NCBI GenBank assembly: GCA_035279185.1
Contig: DATEIG010000258.1
Span: forward strand, 1-39,000
Direction: 5' to 3'
Length of the DNA: 39,000 bases
From: Mycobacterium sp.
GTDB taxonomy: Bacteria; Actinomycetota; Actinomycetes; Mycobacteriales; Mycobacteriaceae
Made by a program: the position numbers and the translations under genes. A model generated the notes under the pieces. It saw only the letters and a list, made by a program, of their open reading frames with translations, had not been told where the DNA came from and did no database searches. This document shows positions 8,692 to 18,099 of the stretch, one piece after another. Positions within the stretch are counted from its first letter, which is position 1. Each line of letters starts with the position of its first letter.

Positions 8692-9788
8692 GTCGCGTGG
8701 CTCCTGTTCTCCGATCCCAGCGATTCCGAAGTGGCGCTTGGGCGAAAGCCGAAGACGTCGTTGAATCGCTCGCAATAGCGCGGCCAGACATCCGGGTTCA
8801 GCAGCCGCGGCGGTACGTCGCCGGCGAAGATGGTCTGCCATTGGCTAGCGGTGGCGACGGCGATGTCGCGGGCGGCCTCGACGGTGATCCCCGCGGTGTG
8901 CGGAGTGGCAACGACGTTCTCCAGGTGCAGCAGCGGGTTGTCGGCGCGCGGCGGTTCGTCGTGAAAGACGTCGAGGCCTGCGCCCGCGATGTCTCCCTTG
9001 AGGAGCGTGTCGAGCAGCGCAGCCTCGTCATGAACCGGTCCCCGAGCCGTGGTGATGAAGAAGGCCGTCGGCTTCATCGTCGCGAACTGGGCGGCGCCGA
9101 TCAGGCCCTGCGTCTCGGCGGTCAGCGGGCAGGTGACCTGAACGAAGTCCGCCTGCTCCAGCAACTCGGACAAACTCACCAACCGCACACCGCGGGCCTG
9201 TGCCGTCGCCTCGTCGACGTATGGGTCGAACACCAGCACGTCCATCCCGAACGGCGCGCACAACTCGACGAGTCGGCCGCCGATCGCACCCAGGCCCACC
9301 ACACCGAGCGTCTTGCCGAGCAGCTGAGTTCCCCTCAGGGACAATCGGTCCGCGAGTGGCCCCGCGCGCAGCACCCGGTCGGAGACGGTGATTTTCTTCG
9401 CCAGGTCGAGCATGAATCCGAGGGCGTGTTCGGCCACCGCCTCGGCGCCGGGTCCGGAGTTGTTGCAGACTGCGACGCCCGCGCGTGTGCACGCCTCGAC
9501 GTCGATGACGTCATAGCCCGCACCGGCGGAGCACACGGCGAGCAGCCGTTCGCATCGGGTCACGAGCGCCGAGCCGGCCAACCACTGTGCGCCGCCGGCA
9601 TGTCTGGCCACATCGGTGCGGGTGGCGACCTGATACCCGTGCGCCGATTCCAGCGCCGCCCAGTTCTGTTCGTCCGAGGCAGCCAAATCAAGCCGGACGA
9701 CGTCGATGTCGGCAACTTCGAGCATGTCTGAAGCGGCCGGATCGGTCCAGCGTTCGTAGATCAACCGTGGGCGGATCCCTGAGGTCAT
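8688..9788 (-). CDS. D-isomer-specific 2-hydroxyacid dehydrogenase (SerA-like)
   Basis: GAGYDVID, AEAVAEH, GVVGLGAIG, TARG, LDVFHDEP, TPHTAG. Confidence 0.9.
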   Translation of the reverse strand: MTSGIRPRLIYERWTDPAASDMLEVADIDVVRLDLAASDEQNWAALESAHGYQVATRTDVARHAGGAQWLAGSALVTRCERLLAVCSAGAGYDVIDVEACTRAGVAVCNNSGPGAEAVAEHALGFMLDLAKKITVSDRVLRAGPLADRLSLRGTQLLGKTLGVVGLGAIGGRLVELCAPFGMDVLVFDPYVDEATAQARGVRLVSLSELLEQADFVQVTCPLTAETQGLIGAAQFATMKPTAFFITTARGPVHDEAALLDTLLKGDIAGAGLDVFHDEPPRADNPLLHLENVVATPHTAGITVEAARDIAVATASQWQTIFAGDVPPRLLNPDVWPRYCERFNDVFGFRPSATSESLGSENRSHAT

Positions 9789-10900
9789 TTGTTCAGCTTG
9801 GGTTTCGCCTGAGCCGCCTTGAACATGTCGGCGAGAGTGCTGTCGACATTCTTGTAGTCATTGCGTGCGATGCTGCCATCTCTGCCCTCGACGATGTCGT
9901 AGCCGAGCCGCAGATCCTTGTTCTCCATGTGGAAGTACTCGCGGCCGATCGGCAGTCGCCGGTCCTCGCGCGGCACCTCCATCCACGCGCGCAGGAAGCA
10001 CCGTGCCTTCTTGGGGTCGTTGCTGCTGACGAAATCCGACCGTGAGTGGCACATCGCGAAGTTGTTGGCCACAGCGGCCTCGCCGGACTCCAGCCGGAAC
10101 TCCACCTGCTGCTCGACGAGCACGGTGCGCAGCAGTTCGATGGCCTCCTCCTGCTTCGGCGTGAATTCCCGGCCGACGGTCTTCATCGCGGGCAGGATGC
10201 TGCTGTAGGTGAAGTTGATGCAGATCCGTCCGTCGATCTGGGAGAACACCGGCACGTCATAGGGCGTGACATCGGGCTGATCATCAGGCTGCTCACTGCG
10301 ACGGTGGTGCGGGAACCCTTGATACAGCACATCGAGCAGGTCCGGTCGTTCGGCGAGGATGCGATTGTGCGCCGCCGGGCCGCTGGCGAACTGGCTCTCG
10401 CCACCCTCGGCCGCCGGATAGACACACAGCAGCGACAGGATGTCCGCCGCATCGTTGTGCATCGCGAGTTCCGCCCGCGACTTGGTACCCCTGGCCGGCT
10501 GGACCCCGTTGGGCAGGATCTCCTCCTGCACCCGCACCATGCGATGCCCGAACGAGTTGTTCGACACCAGATACCCCAGGTGTGTGCAGAACGCCCAGTA
10601 GATGCGCTCGAGGTCCTCGATCGAATGCTGTTCGACCGGAAATCCGCGCACGCACGCCAAGCCCTTGCCGAACATCAAGTCCCGGTACAGGCGCGCAAGG
10701 TCATCGTCCAGATCCGGATGACGCGCATCCTCGGGGCTGATCTCGTCGCGATCCTTGCCGGCGGTCTTCACCAGAATCGATTCCAGCGCAGCGATATTGC
10801 GAGAGGACAGGTCGAAAGCGAAATCCTCCTTGCTGGTGAAGTCCGCTCCCGTCCACGCCATCGGATCGGTGACTCGTTCGGTGTAGATCGCGGTGGGCAT
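9785..10900 (-). CDS. TauD/TfdA (clavaminate synthase-like) Fe(II)/2-oxoglutarate dioxygenase
   Basis: HxD motif (MHNDAADILSLLC), distal His/Arg (NNFAMCHSR), RCFLRAW. Confidence 0.87.
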   Translation of the reverse strand: MPTAIYTERVTDPMAWTGADFTSKEDFAFDLSSRNIAALESILVKTAGKDRDEISPEDARHPDLDDDLARLYRDLMFGKGLACVRGFPVEQHSIEDLERIYWAFCTHLGYLVSNNSFGHRMVRVQEEILPNGVQPARGTKSRAELAMHNDAADILSLLCVYPAAEGGESQFASGPAAHNRILAERPDLLDVLYQGFPHHRRSEQPDDQPDVTPYDVPVFSQIDGRICINFTYSSILPAMKTVGREFTPKQEEAIELLRTVLVEQQVEFRLESGEAAVANNFAMCHSRSDFVSSNDPKKARCFLRAWMEVPREDRRLPIGREYFHMENKDLRLGYDIVEGRDGSIARNDYKNVDSTLADMFKAAQAKPKLNK

Positions 10901-10937
10901 CCGTCCTCCTGTTGGATGGCGAGGCTATCGGTCGGTG

Positions 10938-11714
10938 CTACGTCTCGAGCCCCCGCAAGGCGTGTGCGCGGGCGGTGGCTGCCTCGGTCATCATCCCGAC
11001 ATCCGTACCTGCCGAAATGAATCGCAGACCACTGCCTACGAATCGTTCGAGCAGGTCAAGGGACTTGATCCCAGCCATTCCCAGCGCCACACCGTGGGTG
11101 CGACAAGCCGCTGCGACAGATTCTACCGCATTGTGGAAATGGGCATTCTCATACTGTCCGTGAATACCCATCTCGGCCGTCAGATCGCTGGGCCCGATGA
11201 GAACGATGTCGACGCCGTCCACCGCCGCAATGGCCTCGCAGTCGGCCACCGCCTCAGGGGTTTCGACCATCACCGCCACGACCGTGTGCTTCTCCAGTGT
11301 GTCCGCGAGCTCGGGCGCCGGTCGCTGGCGGAATCCGCTCACCGCGTTGGGCCCGGATATCGACCGATGGCCCAGCGGCGGGAACCGTGCGGCATCGACG
11401 ACCGCCTTCGCTTCACTTGACGAGTTCACATGCGGGACAATGACTCCCACTGCTCCTCCGTCAAGCACGCGGGCGATGAGACTGGATTCCTGCGACGGCA
11501 CCCGAACAAGCCCGGAGATCCCCGCGCCCACAGCGCTCGCGCAGAGCATCGACGCTGTTTCGAGCGACGTCGACGTGTGCTCGAGGTCGACGTAGACGGC
11601 GTCGAAACCACACGCTGCAGCGATCGCAGGGACGTCCGGCGTGCGTGCGTTCATCAGCGCCAGGCACAGCACCAGGCCGTCACCCCGCAGTGCCTCTCGC
11701 AGCGATCCCTGCAC
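10938..11714 (-). CDS. HpcH/HpaI aldolase family
   Basis: YVDLEH, LVRVP, RFPPLGHRS, MVET, IGPSDL. TAACGT sits 6 nt before the GTG start, so it is probably leaderless. Confidence 0.9.
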   Translation of the reverse strand: MQGSLREALRGDGLVLCLALMNARTPDVPAIAAACGFDAVYVDLEHTSTSLETASMLCASAVGAGISGLVRVPSQESSLIARVLDGGAVGVIVPHVNSSSEAKAVVDAARFPPLGHRSISGPNAVSGFRQRPAPELADTLEKHTVVAVMVETPEAVADCEAIAAVDGVDIVLIGPSDLTAEMGIHGQYENAHFHNAVESVAAACRTHGVALGMAGIKSLDLLERFVGSGLRFISAGTDVGMMTEAATARAHALRGLET

Positions 11715-11732
11715 ACGCCTACGTTAACCGAC

Positions 11733-11772
11733 TGAGAACGTTCATTCCATCAAGTCGTGAACGCCATTATCA
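11733..11772. promoter_or_regulatory. Tandem 18-bp operator pair in a divergent promoter
   Basis: TGAGAA-cgttca-TTCCAT (11733) and TCGTGA-acgcca-TTATCA (11755), 22 bp apart. Confidence 0.7.
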
Positions 11773-11790
11773 ATGTGGTAACCATGACGT

Positions 11791-12936
11791 ATGCCAGCCA
11801 ACCGGGTTGCGATCGTTGGCGCGGCGCTGTCCGACTGCGGGCGGGTGCCCGACAAGACCGCCGTGGCGCTGATGGCCCAGTCGTCGCAGCGAGCGATCGC
11901 CGATGCCGGGCTGACCAAGGACGACGTCGACGGGTTCGGCGGTCACGGGACGCTGCTTCCGCCGGTCGAGGTCAGCGAATATCTGGGCCTCCGACCGACC
12001 TGGGTCGACGCCACCAACGTCGGCGGATCGTCGTGGGAGGTGATGGCCCGGCACGCTGCCGACGCCATCTCTTCGGGTGACGTCGATGTCGTCCTGCTGA
12101 CATACGGATCGACGGCCAGGTCGGATGTGAAGCGTCGCGTGCGCGCCTCCGCCGCAGCGATGAGCACCGCGGGCGCCATGCAATACGAAGCCCCCTACGG
12201 CGCAACGCTGATCGCGAAGTACGCGATGGCGGCGCGGCGGCACATGATCGAGTACGGCACCACGGTGGAGCAACTGGCTGAGGTGGCCGTCGCCGCTCAT
12301 GAGTGGGCGGCCATGAACGACAACGCATTCGAGCGTGACCGGATCACCGCCGCCGACGTCGCCGCTGCTCCGATGCTGGCCGATCCGTTCACGTCCAAAC
12401 ACGTCTGCCTGCGTACCGACGGCGGCGGAGCCGTCGTCCTCGCCAGCGAGAAGGTGGCCAAGGATTGTGCCGAGGAGCCGGTCTGGATCCTGGGCGCCGC
12501 CGATGCCACGTCGCACGTGAGCATGAGCGAATGGGCCGACTTCACCACGTCAGCGGCGGCACAGTCGGGGCCGCGGGCATTCGGCCAAGCCGGAGTCGAC
12601 CCGGCCGACATCGACGTGTGCCAACTCTATGACTCGTTCACCTCCACGGTGCTGCTGACGGTCGAGGATCTCGGCTTCTGCGAGAAGGGCGAGGGCGGAC
12701 CGTTCATCGGGTCGGGGGCGCTGCGGCCGGGAGGAGCGCTTCCCACCAACACCGACGGCGGCGGTCTTGCGTCCTGCCACCCCGGCATGCGGGGAATGTT
12801 CCTGATGGTGGAGGCGGTGCGCCAACTCAGGGGCGAATGCGGAGCACGCCAGATTTCGGATGCGCGCCTGGCCTGCGTACACGCGATGGGCGGGTTCTTC
12901 ACCCACAGCGCCACCATGATCCTGGGAACTGCGTGA
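11791..12936 (+). CDS. Thiolase-fold protein, SCP-x/Ltp2 type
   Basis: TDGGGAVV, QLYDSFT, PTNTDGGGLASCHPG; no N-terminal nucleophilic Cys (NVGGSS). Confidence 0.88.
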   Translation: MPANRVAIVGAALSDCGRVPDKTAVALMAQSSQRAIADAGLTKDDVDGFGGHGTLLPPVEVSEYLGLRPTWVDATNVGGSSWEVMARHAADAISSGDVDVVLLTYGSTARSDVKRRVRASAAAMSTAGAMQYEAPYGATLIAKYAMAARRHMIEYGTTVEQLAEVAVAAHEWAAMNDNAFERDRITAADVAAAPMLADPFTSKHVCLRTDGGGAVVLASEKVAKDCAEEPVWILGAADATSHVSMSEWADFTTSAAAQSGPRAFGQAGVDPADIDVCQLYDSFTSTVLLTVEDLGFCEKGEGGPFIGSGALRPGGALPTNTDGGGLASCHPGMRGMFLMVEAVRQLRGECGARQISDARLACVHAMGGFFTHSATMILGTA

Positions 12937-13367
12937 TGACGGCGCCGACCGGTCCCGACAAGCCCACCGTCGATCTGGACAGCGCGGCCTGGTGGGACGC
13001 GGTGCAGGACCGACGCCTGATGGTCAACGCCTGCGCATCCTGCCGCCGCCACTCGCTTTACCCGCGCCCGTTCTGCCCGCACTGCTGGAGCGGCAACGTC
13101 GCGTTGACGCCCGCCAGCGGACGGGCGCGGCTCTACACGTGGACGGTGATCCACCAGAACGCAGCGCCTTTCGCCGAGCGGACTCCGTATGTCGTCGCAA
13201 TGGTCGACCTCGAGGAAGGTCCGCGGCTGATGACGGAGATCCAGGATTGTCCGGTCGACGCGCTGGCAGCGGACATGGAACTGTCGCTGACATTTCGAGA
13301 CGACGACGGCTTCCTCGTCCCCGTCTTCACGCCTACATCGCAAACCGCTCGGAAGGGAGCACCATGA
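12936..13367 (+). CDS. DUF35 Zn-ribbon/OB-fold protein
   Basis: CASC...YPRPFCPHC, SGRARLYTWTV, PYVVAMVDLEEGPRLMT; TGATG coupling to the thiolase gene. Confidence 0.9.
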   Translation: MTAPTGPDKPTVDLDSAAWWDAVQDRRLMVNACASCRRHSLYPRPFCPHCWSGNVALTPASGRARLYTWTVIHQNAAPFAERTPYVVAMVDLEEGPRLMTEIQDCPVDALAADMELSLTFRDDDGFLVPVFTPTSQTARKGAP

Positions 13368-14671
13368 AGCAAGAGGACATGATCCTGATCAGCGTTGATG
13401 ATCACATCGTCGAGCCGCCTGACATGTTCGCCAATCATTTGGCCAAGAAGTACATCGATGATGCGCCGCGGTTGGTGCATAACCCTGATGGGTCAGATAC
13501 CTGGCAGTTCCGTGATGTGGTGATCCCCAATGTCGCGTTGAACGCGGTGGCGGGTCGGCCCAAGGAGGAGTACGGGTTGGAGCCGCAGGGTCTCGATGAG
13601 ATCCGGCCGGGGTGTTACAACGTCGATGAGCGCATCAAGGACATGAACGCCGGCGGCATCCTGGGCTCGATGTGTTTTCCGTCGTTCCCGGGGTTTGCGG
13701 GGCGGTTGTTTGCCACCGAGGATCCGGAGTTCAGCTTGGCGTTGGTGCAGGCGTACAACGATTGGCATGTCGAGGAGTGGTGCGGGCAGTACCCGGCGCG
13801 GTTCATTCCGATGACGCTGCCGGTGATCTGGGATCCCGAGGCGTGCGCCGCCGAGATCCGCCGCAACGCCAAACGTGGGGTGCATTCGCTGACGTTCACC
13901 GAGAACCCGGCGGCGATGGGCTATCCCAGCTTTCACGATTTCGATCACTGGAAGCCGATGTGGGACGCCCTGGTCGACACCGACACGGTGCTCAACGTGC
14001 ACATCGGGTCCTCGGGCCGGTTGGCGATCACCGCCCCGGATGCGCCGATGGATGTGATGATCACCCTGCAGCCAATGAACATCGTCCAAGCCGCCGCGGA
14101 TTTGTTGTGGTCGCGCCCGATCAAGGAATACCCCGACCTGAAGATCGCGTTGAGCGAGGGCGGCACGGGCTGGATCCCGTATTTCCTCGAGCGCGCCGAC
14201 CGCACCTATGAGATGCATTCGACGTGGACGGGTCAAGACTTCAAGGGCAAAAAACCCAGCGAGGTGTTCCGTGAGCACTTCTTGACGTGTTTCATCTCCG
14301 ATCATGTCGGGGTGCAGCTGCGCAACGACGTCGGCATCGACAACATCTGCTGGGAGGCCGACTACCCCCACAGCGACTCGATGTGGCCCGGCGCCCCCGA
14401 ACAACTCGACGAGGTCCTCAAAGAGCACCACGTGCCCGACGACGAGATCAACAAGATGACCTACCAGAACGCCTGCCGCTGGTATCACTGGGACCCGTTC
14501 ACCCACATCTCCAAAGAACAAGCCACCGTCGGCGCCCTGCGCAAAGCCGCCGGAGATCACGACGTCTCGATCAGAGCGCTCAGCAAGCACGAGCACGGTG
14601 GTGGCGGAGCGTCGGACTGGCAGTCGCAGATGAAGAAAGCCACCGCCAACGTCAGTGGCGACGGCGACTGA
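13364..14671 (+). CDS. Amidohydrolase_2 family protein
   Basis: SVDDHIVEPPD, AYNDWH, VHIGSSG, SEGGTGWIPY, WEADYPHSD. ATG at 13364 follows a GAAGGGAG RBS. Confidence 0.92.
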   Translation: MKQEDMILISVDDHIVEPPDMFANHLAKKYIDDAPRLVHNPDGSDTWQFRDVVIPNVALNAVAGRPKEEYGLEPQGLDEIRPGCYNVDERIKDMNAGGILGSMCFPSFPGFAGRLFATEDPEFSLALVQAYNDWHVEEWCGQYPARFIPMTLPVIWDPEACAAEIRRNAKRGVHSLTFTENPAAMGYPSFHDFDHWKPMWDALVDTDTVLNVHIGSSGRLAITAPDAPMDVMITLQPMNIVQAAADLLWSRPIKEYPDLKIALSEGGTGWIPYFLERADRTYEMHSTWTGQDFKGKKPSEVFREHFLTCFISDHVGVQLRNDVGIDNICWEADYPHSDSMWPGAPEQLDEVLKEHHVPDDEINKMTYQNACRWYHWDPFTHISKEQATVGALRKAAGDHDVSIRALSKHEHGGGGASDWQSQMKKATANVSGDGD

Positions 14672-14677
14672 CGTCGG

Positions 14678-16231
14678 CTACGGCGCGGCGTTCAAACGGT
14701 CGGCCACATCGCGCGGCCGACCGTTCGAATGAGCGTGCAGCTTGTTGCGTTCCACTTTGCCGTTGGCGTTCAACGGAAGCGGCTGATCCCAGAACACCAG
14801 TTCCTCGGGCAGCTTGTACTTGGCCAATCCCGCCGACACGAGTTCCTGCGCCACGTCGCTGAGCGTCATCGCCACGTCGGGTTCGACCACCAGTGCCATG
14901 GCGAGCCGCTCACCCGTTGTGGGATCGGGCACGGAGTAGGCCGCGCATTCGCGCACTCCGGCGATCCTGGCCACGGCCTCGTCCACCTCGGCGGCGGGGA
15001 TCTTCAACCCATTGCGGATGATGATGTCCTTCAGCCGTCCCACGATGCGCACTCGCCTGCCCTCGAGTTCGGCCACGTCGCCGGTGCGGAACCACTCGCC
15101 GTCGAACGCCTCGGCGTCATCGGCGACGTCGGTGTAACCGAGGAAGGTGTGCGGTCCGCGGATGCAGCATTCCGCCGGGTCGCCGACGGAGCCGAGTCGC
15201 ACGTCGACGTCGTCCAGCGCGATACCGTCGTCGGCGTGCCGCACATCGCGCGGTTCGGTCCGCAGTCCCGAGGTGCTCACCGGAACCTCCGATGAGCCGT
15301 AGGCACGCATCACGACGATCCCGAAGTCGTCCTCGACTCGTTCGACGATGCGGCGATCCAGCATCGTACCGCCCAAATAGACAGCGCGCAGCGATGTTTC
15401 GCGTCCACCGGCGACCGCTTCGTCGAGTACTCGATCCAGTAACCGGTCGGGTCCGCCGTACCAGGTGGCTTCCGAGTCGACGAGCAGCTCGCAGGTGGCT
15501 GCCGGCTCCCAGCGGTCCTCCAGCACGACCGGTGCGCCCAGCATCGGCCCGATGAACAGCGCCTGCAGCACGCCCGTCACCGAGGCGAGCGGGCTGATCA
15601 GAAAGATCCGATCCCCGTCGGTCAAGCCGGCGGCGGCGATGTAGTTCGCCGATGCCTTGGACAGTGTGCTCAGCGAGTGGATGACACCCTTCGGCTTCGA
15701 CGTCGTGCCCGAGGTGAAGAGAACGAACGAGGGCTCGTCAGCGGGGCGCTTCGCCTGCTGCGATGTCGTCCGGTCACCTGCGAGATCGAGCCAAGCGCAC
15801 CCCCCGGTCAGCGAGTCGGCGCCCGCAGCCCAGTTCGGCGCCACCCCGAACCGGGCTTCCGTGCGGGCGACGATGTCGGTGATCTGAGCGGCACCCGCGC
15901 TGCGCGGCACCAGCAGCACCACCGCGTCGAGTCGTATCGCCGCGTGCACGGCTGTCACGGATTCGACGTCGTTGCCCGCCACCACGACGACGGGTGTCGA
16001 CGCGGTCACGCCCGCATCGAGCAGCGCCTGAGCCGCCGCGTCCACCCGTTCATCGAGTTCGGCGAAACTGACCTCGCCGTCCCTGGAGATCAGCGCGGGC
16101 AGATCGGGATGGCGCTCTGCTGCTGTGTGCACCACGTCGAGCGGCTGATCCGACCACGAGCCCGCGGCGCGGTAGCGCGCCCGCAGCGTGTCGGCTCGCC
16201 GCTGCGCGTTCCGCAGCAGCTCGGTCGTCAT
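14678..16231 (-). CDS. AMP-dependent acyl-CoA ligase (cyclohexanecarboxylate-CoA ligase-like)
   Basis: FTSGTTSKPKG, AYGSSE, WFRTGD, GRLKDIIIRNG, NANGKV; GGAGG RBS before ATG 16231. Confidence 0.9.
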   Translation of the reverse strand: MTTELLRNAQRRADTLRARYRAAGSWSDQPLDVVHTAAERHPDLPALISRDGEVSFAELDERVDAAAQALLDAGVTASTPVVVVAGNDVESVTAVHAAIRLDAVVLLVPRSAGAAQITDIVARTEARFGVAPNWAAGADSLTGGCAWLDLAGDRTTSQQAKRPADEPSFVLFTSGTTSKPKGVIHSLSTLSKASANYIAAAGLTDGDRIFLISPLASVTGVLQALFIGPMLGAPVVLEDRWEPAATCELLVDSEATWYGGPDRLLDRVLDEAVAGGRETSLRAVYLGGTMLDRRIVERVEDDFGIVVMRAYGSSEVPVSTSGLRTEPRDVRHADDGIALDDVDVRLGSVGDPAECCIRGPHTFLGYTDVADDAEAFDGEWFRTGDVAELEGRRVRIVGRLKDIIIRNGLKIPAAEVDEAVARIAGVRECAAYSVPDPTTGERLAMALVVEPDVAMTLSDVAQELVSAGLAKYKLPEELVFWDQPLPLNANGKVERNKLHAHSNGRPRDVADRLNAAP

Positions 16232-16244
16232 GCGCGTCCTCCGA

Positions 16245-16284
16245 TGCAAATGCTCGTTCTCGACTATGTAAATGTAACCTCTCA
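16245..16284. promoter_or_regulatory. Tandem 18-bp operator pair in a divergent promoter
   Basis: TGCAAA-tgctcg-TTCTCG (16245) and TGTAAA-tgtaac-CTCTCA (16267), 22 bp apart. The second covers a TAACCT -10-like hexamer. Confidence 0.72.
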
Positions 16285-16287
16285 GTT

Positions 16288-17190
16288 ATGTCGCCAGATC
16301 ACAACTCGTCGCCGCACGTCTCCACCATGGCTTTCGACAACCAGGTAGCCATCGTCACCGGCGCCGGAGGCGGCCTGGGCCGGTGCCACGCCATCGAACT
16401 CGCGCGTCGCGGGGCCCGTGTCCTGGTCAACGACCTGGGCAGCGCAGTCGACGGCAGCGGTGCCTCGATCTCGGCGGCTCAGTCCGTGGTCGACGAAATC
16501 ACCGCATTCGGGGGCACCGCGATCGCCAACGGCGACTCCGTCGCGTCCGAGGACGGCGGCGCTGCCATCGTCGCTGCCGCGGTGGACGCCTTCGGGCAGG
16601 TCGACATCCTCGTCAACAACGCCGGCATCCTTCGCGACGCCGCATTCAAGAACATGAGCGCCGAACAGGTCGACGCGGTGCTGTCGGTGCACCTGTCCGG
16701 TGCCTTCAACGTGACGCGCGCAGTCTGGCCCGTCATGCGCGACCAGAATTACGGCCGCATCGTCCAAACGACCTCGGGCACAGGTCTGTTCGGAAACTTC
16801 GGGCAGGCCAACTACGGCGCCGCCAAGATGGGCCTGGTGGGAATGATGCACGTGCTGTCCATCGAGGGTGCGCGAAACGGCATCGCCATCAACGCCATCG
16901 CCCCCATCGCGCGCACCCGGATGACCGAGGACATCATGGGCGAGGCGGGCAAGGCGATGGACCCCGAACTCGTCACTCCGGTCGTCGTCTATCTCGCACA
17001 CCGCAGTTGCGATCGGACCGCGCACATCTACTCCGTCGGCGCGGGCAAGGTGTCCCGGGTGTTCATCGGGGTGACGAAAGGCATCGAGGACACCGCACTC
17101 ACCGCAGAAACCGTGGCCCAACACATCGACGAGATCGACGATCCCGCGACGTTCACCATCCGAGGCGGCCCGACGAAGATCGAGGTCTAG
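16288..17190 (+). CDS. SDR oxidoreductase (MFE-2-type 3-hydroxyacyl-CoA dehydrogenase-like)
   Basis: TGAGGGLG, VNDLG, NNAGILRD, GNFGQANYGAAK. Start is 16288 (leaderless, 7 nt after TAACCT) or 16327. Confidence 0.9.
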   Translation: MSPDHNSSPHVSTMAFDNQVAIVTGAGGGLGRCHAIELARRGARVLVNDLGSAVDGSGASISAAQSVVDEITAFGGTAIANGDSVASEDGGAAIVAAAVDAFGQVDILVNNAGILRDAAFKNMSAEQVDAVLSVHLSGAFNVTRAVWPVMRDQNYGRIVQTTSGTGLFGNFGQANYGAAKMGLVGMMHVLSIEGARNGIAINAIAPIARTRMTEDIMGEAGKAMDPELVTPVVVYLAHRSCDRTAHIYSVGAGKVSRVFIGVTKGIEDTALTAETVAQHIDEIDDPATFTIRGGPTKIEV

Positions 17191-18002
17191 CAGCCCCTGA
17201 ACCGAGGCTCCCGCCGCTCGGCGAACGCCTGCAGCCCTTCCTGCAGGTCCGCTGTGCGCGACACCACCTCCTGGGCCCACGCCTCCTGCTCGAAAGCACG
17301 GTCCCGACCCGATTCCGAGCTGACCGACAGCAGTCGCTTGGTCAACGCCAACATCACGGTCGGGCCCGCGGCCAGGCGCACGGCGAGGTCCTCGGCGGTG
17401 CGATCGGTGTCCTCGAGAGTGACCACCCGGTTGGCCAGACCCAGCCGCTCGCACGCCTCTGCCTCGACGGTTTCACCGAGCATCAACAGCTCAGTCGCCC
17501 TGCGCAGACCGACGATTCGGGTCAACAAGTGGATCGCACCGGAATCGGGCAGGATGCCGCGGTGTACGAACGCATGGACGAGACGGGCGTGGGTCGACAT
17601 CACCACGAGATCACATGCCAGCACGAGGCTCGATCCCGCGCCGACCGCCGCACCCTTCACGGCCGCGACGACCGGCTTGTCGCAGTCCAGTACGGAGGTC
17701 ACCAGCCGCTGCCAGCCCTGCTGCAGCATCCGCGCGATGTCGCCGGGACGCTTCTCCCCTTGAGCTGTCGATGGATCCCTCTGCGTCGGGAGTCCGGCAC
17801 CCGCGCAGAAGTGCCGATCACCGGCGGAGGTCAACAGCACCGCACGCACAGCAGGATCGGAGTGGGCACTGTGAAACGCCTCCGTGAGGGCATCACGAGC
17901 CAACGGCGACAACGAGTTTGCGACATCGACCCGATCGATGGTGATCCGTTGTACCGCGTCGTCGCCGACCGATACGACGATCCCGGAGTCCTCCGCGCCC
18001 AT
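17187..18002 (-). CDS. Enoyl-CoA hydratase/isomerase family (PaaG-like)
   Basis: FCAGA, AAVKGAAVGAG, AFVHRGILPDSG. Confidence 0.88.
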   Translation of the reverse strand: MGAEDSGIVVSVGDDAVQRITIDRVDVANSLSPLARDALTEAFHSAHSDPAVRAVLLTSAGDRHFCAGAGLPTQRDPSTAQGEKRPGDIARMLQQGWQRLVTSVLDCDKPVVAAVKGAAVGAGSSLVLACDLVVMSTHARLVHAFVHRGILPDSGAIHLLTRIVGLRRATELLMLGETVEAEACERLGLANRVVTLEDTDRTAEDLAVRLAAGPTVMLALTKRLLSVSSESGRDRAFEQEAWAQEVVSRTADLQEGLQAFAERREPRFRGC

Positions 18003-18016
18003 CTCGCACCACCTAC

Positions 18017-18056
18017 CGTTAACGACGTTTCCGCTTTTCGGGTATCTTAATTTCCA
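18017..18056. promoter_or_regulatory. Degenerate tandem operator pair in a divergent promoter
   Basis: CGTTAA-cgacgt-TTCCGC (18017) and CGGGTA-tcttaa-TTTCCA (18039), 22 bp apart; weaker match to the consensus. Confidence 0.5.
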
Positions 18057-18099
18057 CTATGGCCCGGCAACGTAGCGGGCCGTCGGCGAAAGGCAGGAA

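Noticed and set aside
12992-14671. Long ORF-track N-terminal extensions that look like fusions (12992, 20012, 21330, 22859, 26987, 28349, 33908-35347, 34741-35493, 7867-8841)
   Set aside because: They are open-frame run-ons through upstream genes in GC-rich DNA. The true starts are marked by an RBS or ATGA/GTGA overlaps at the domain boundary.
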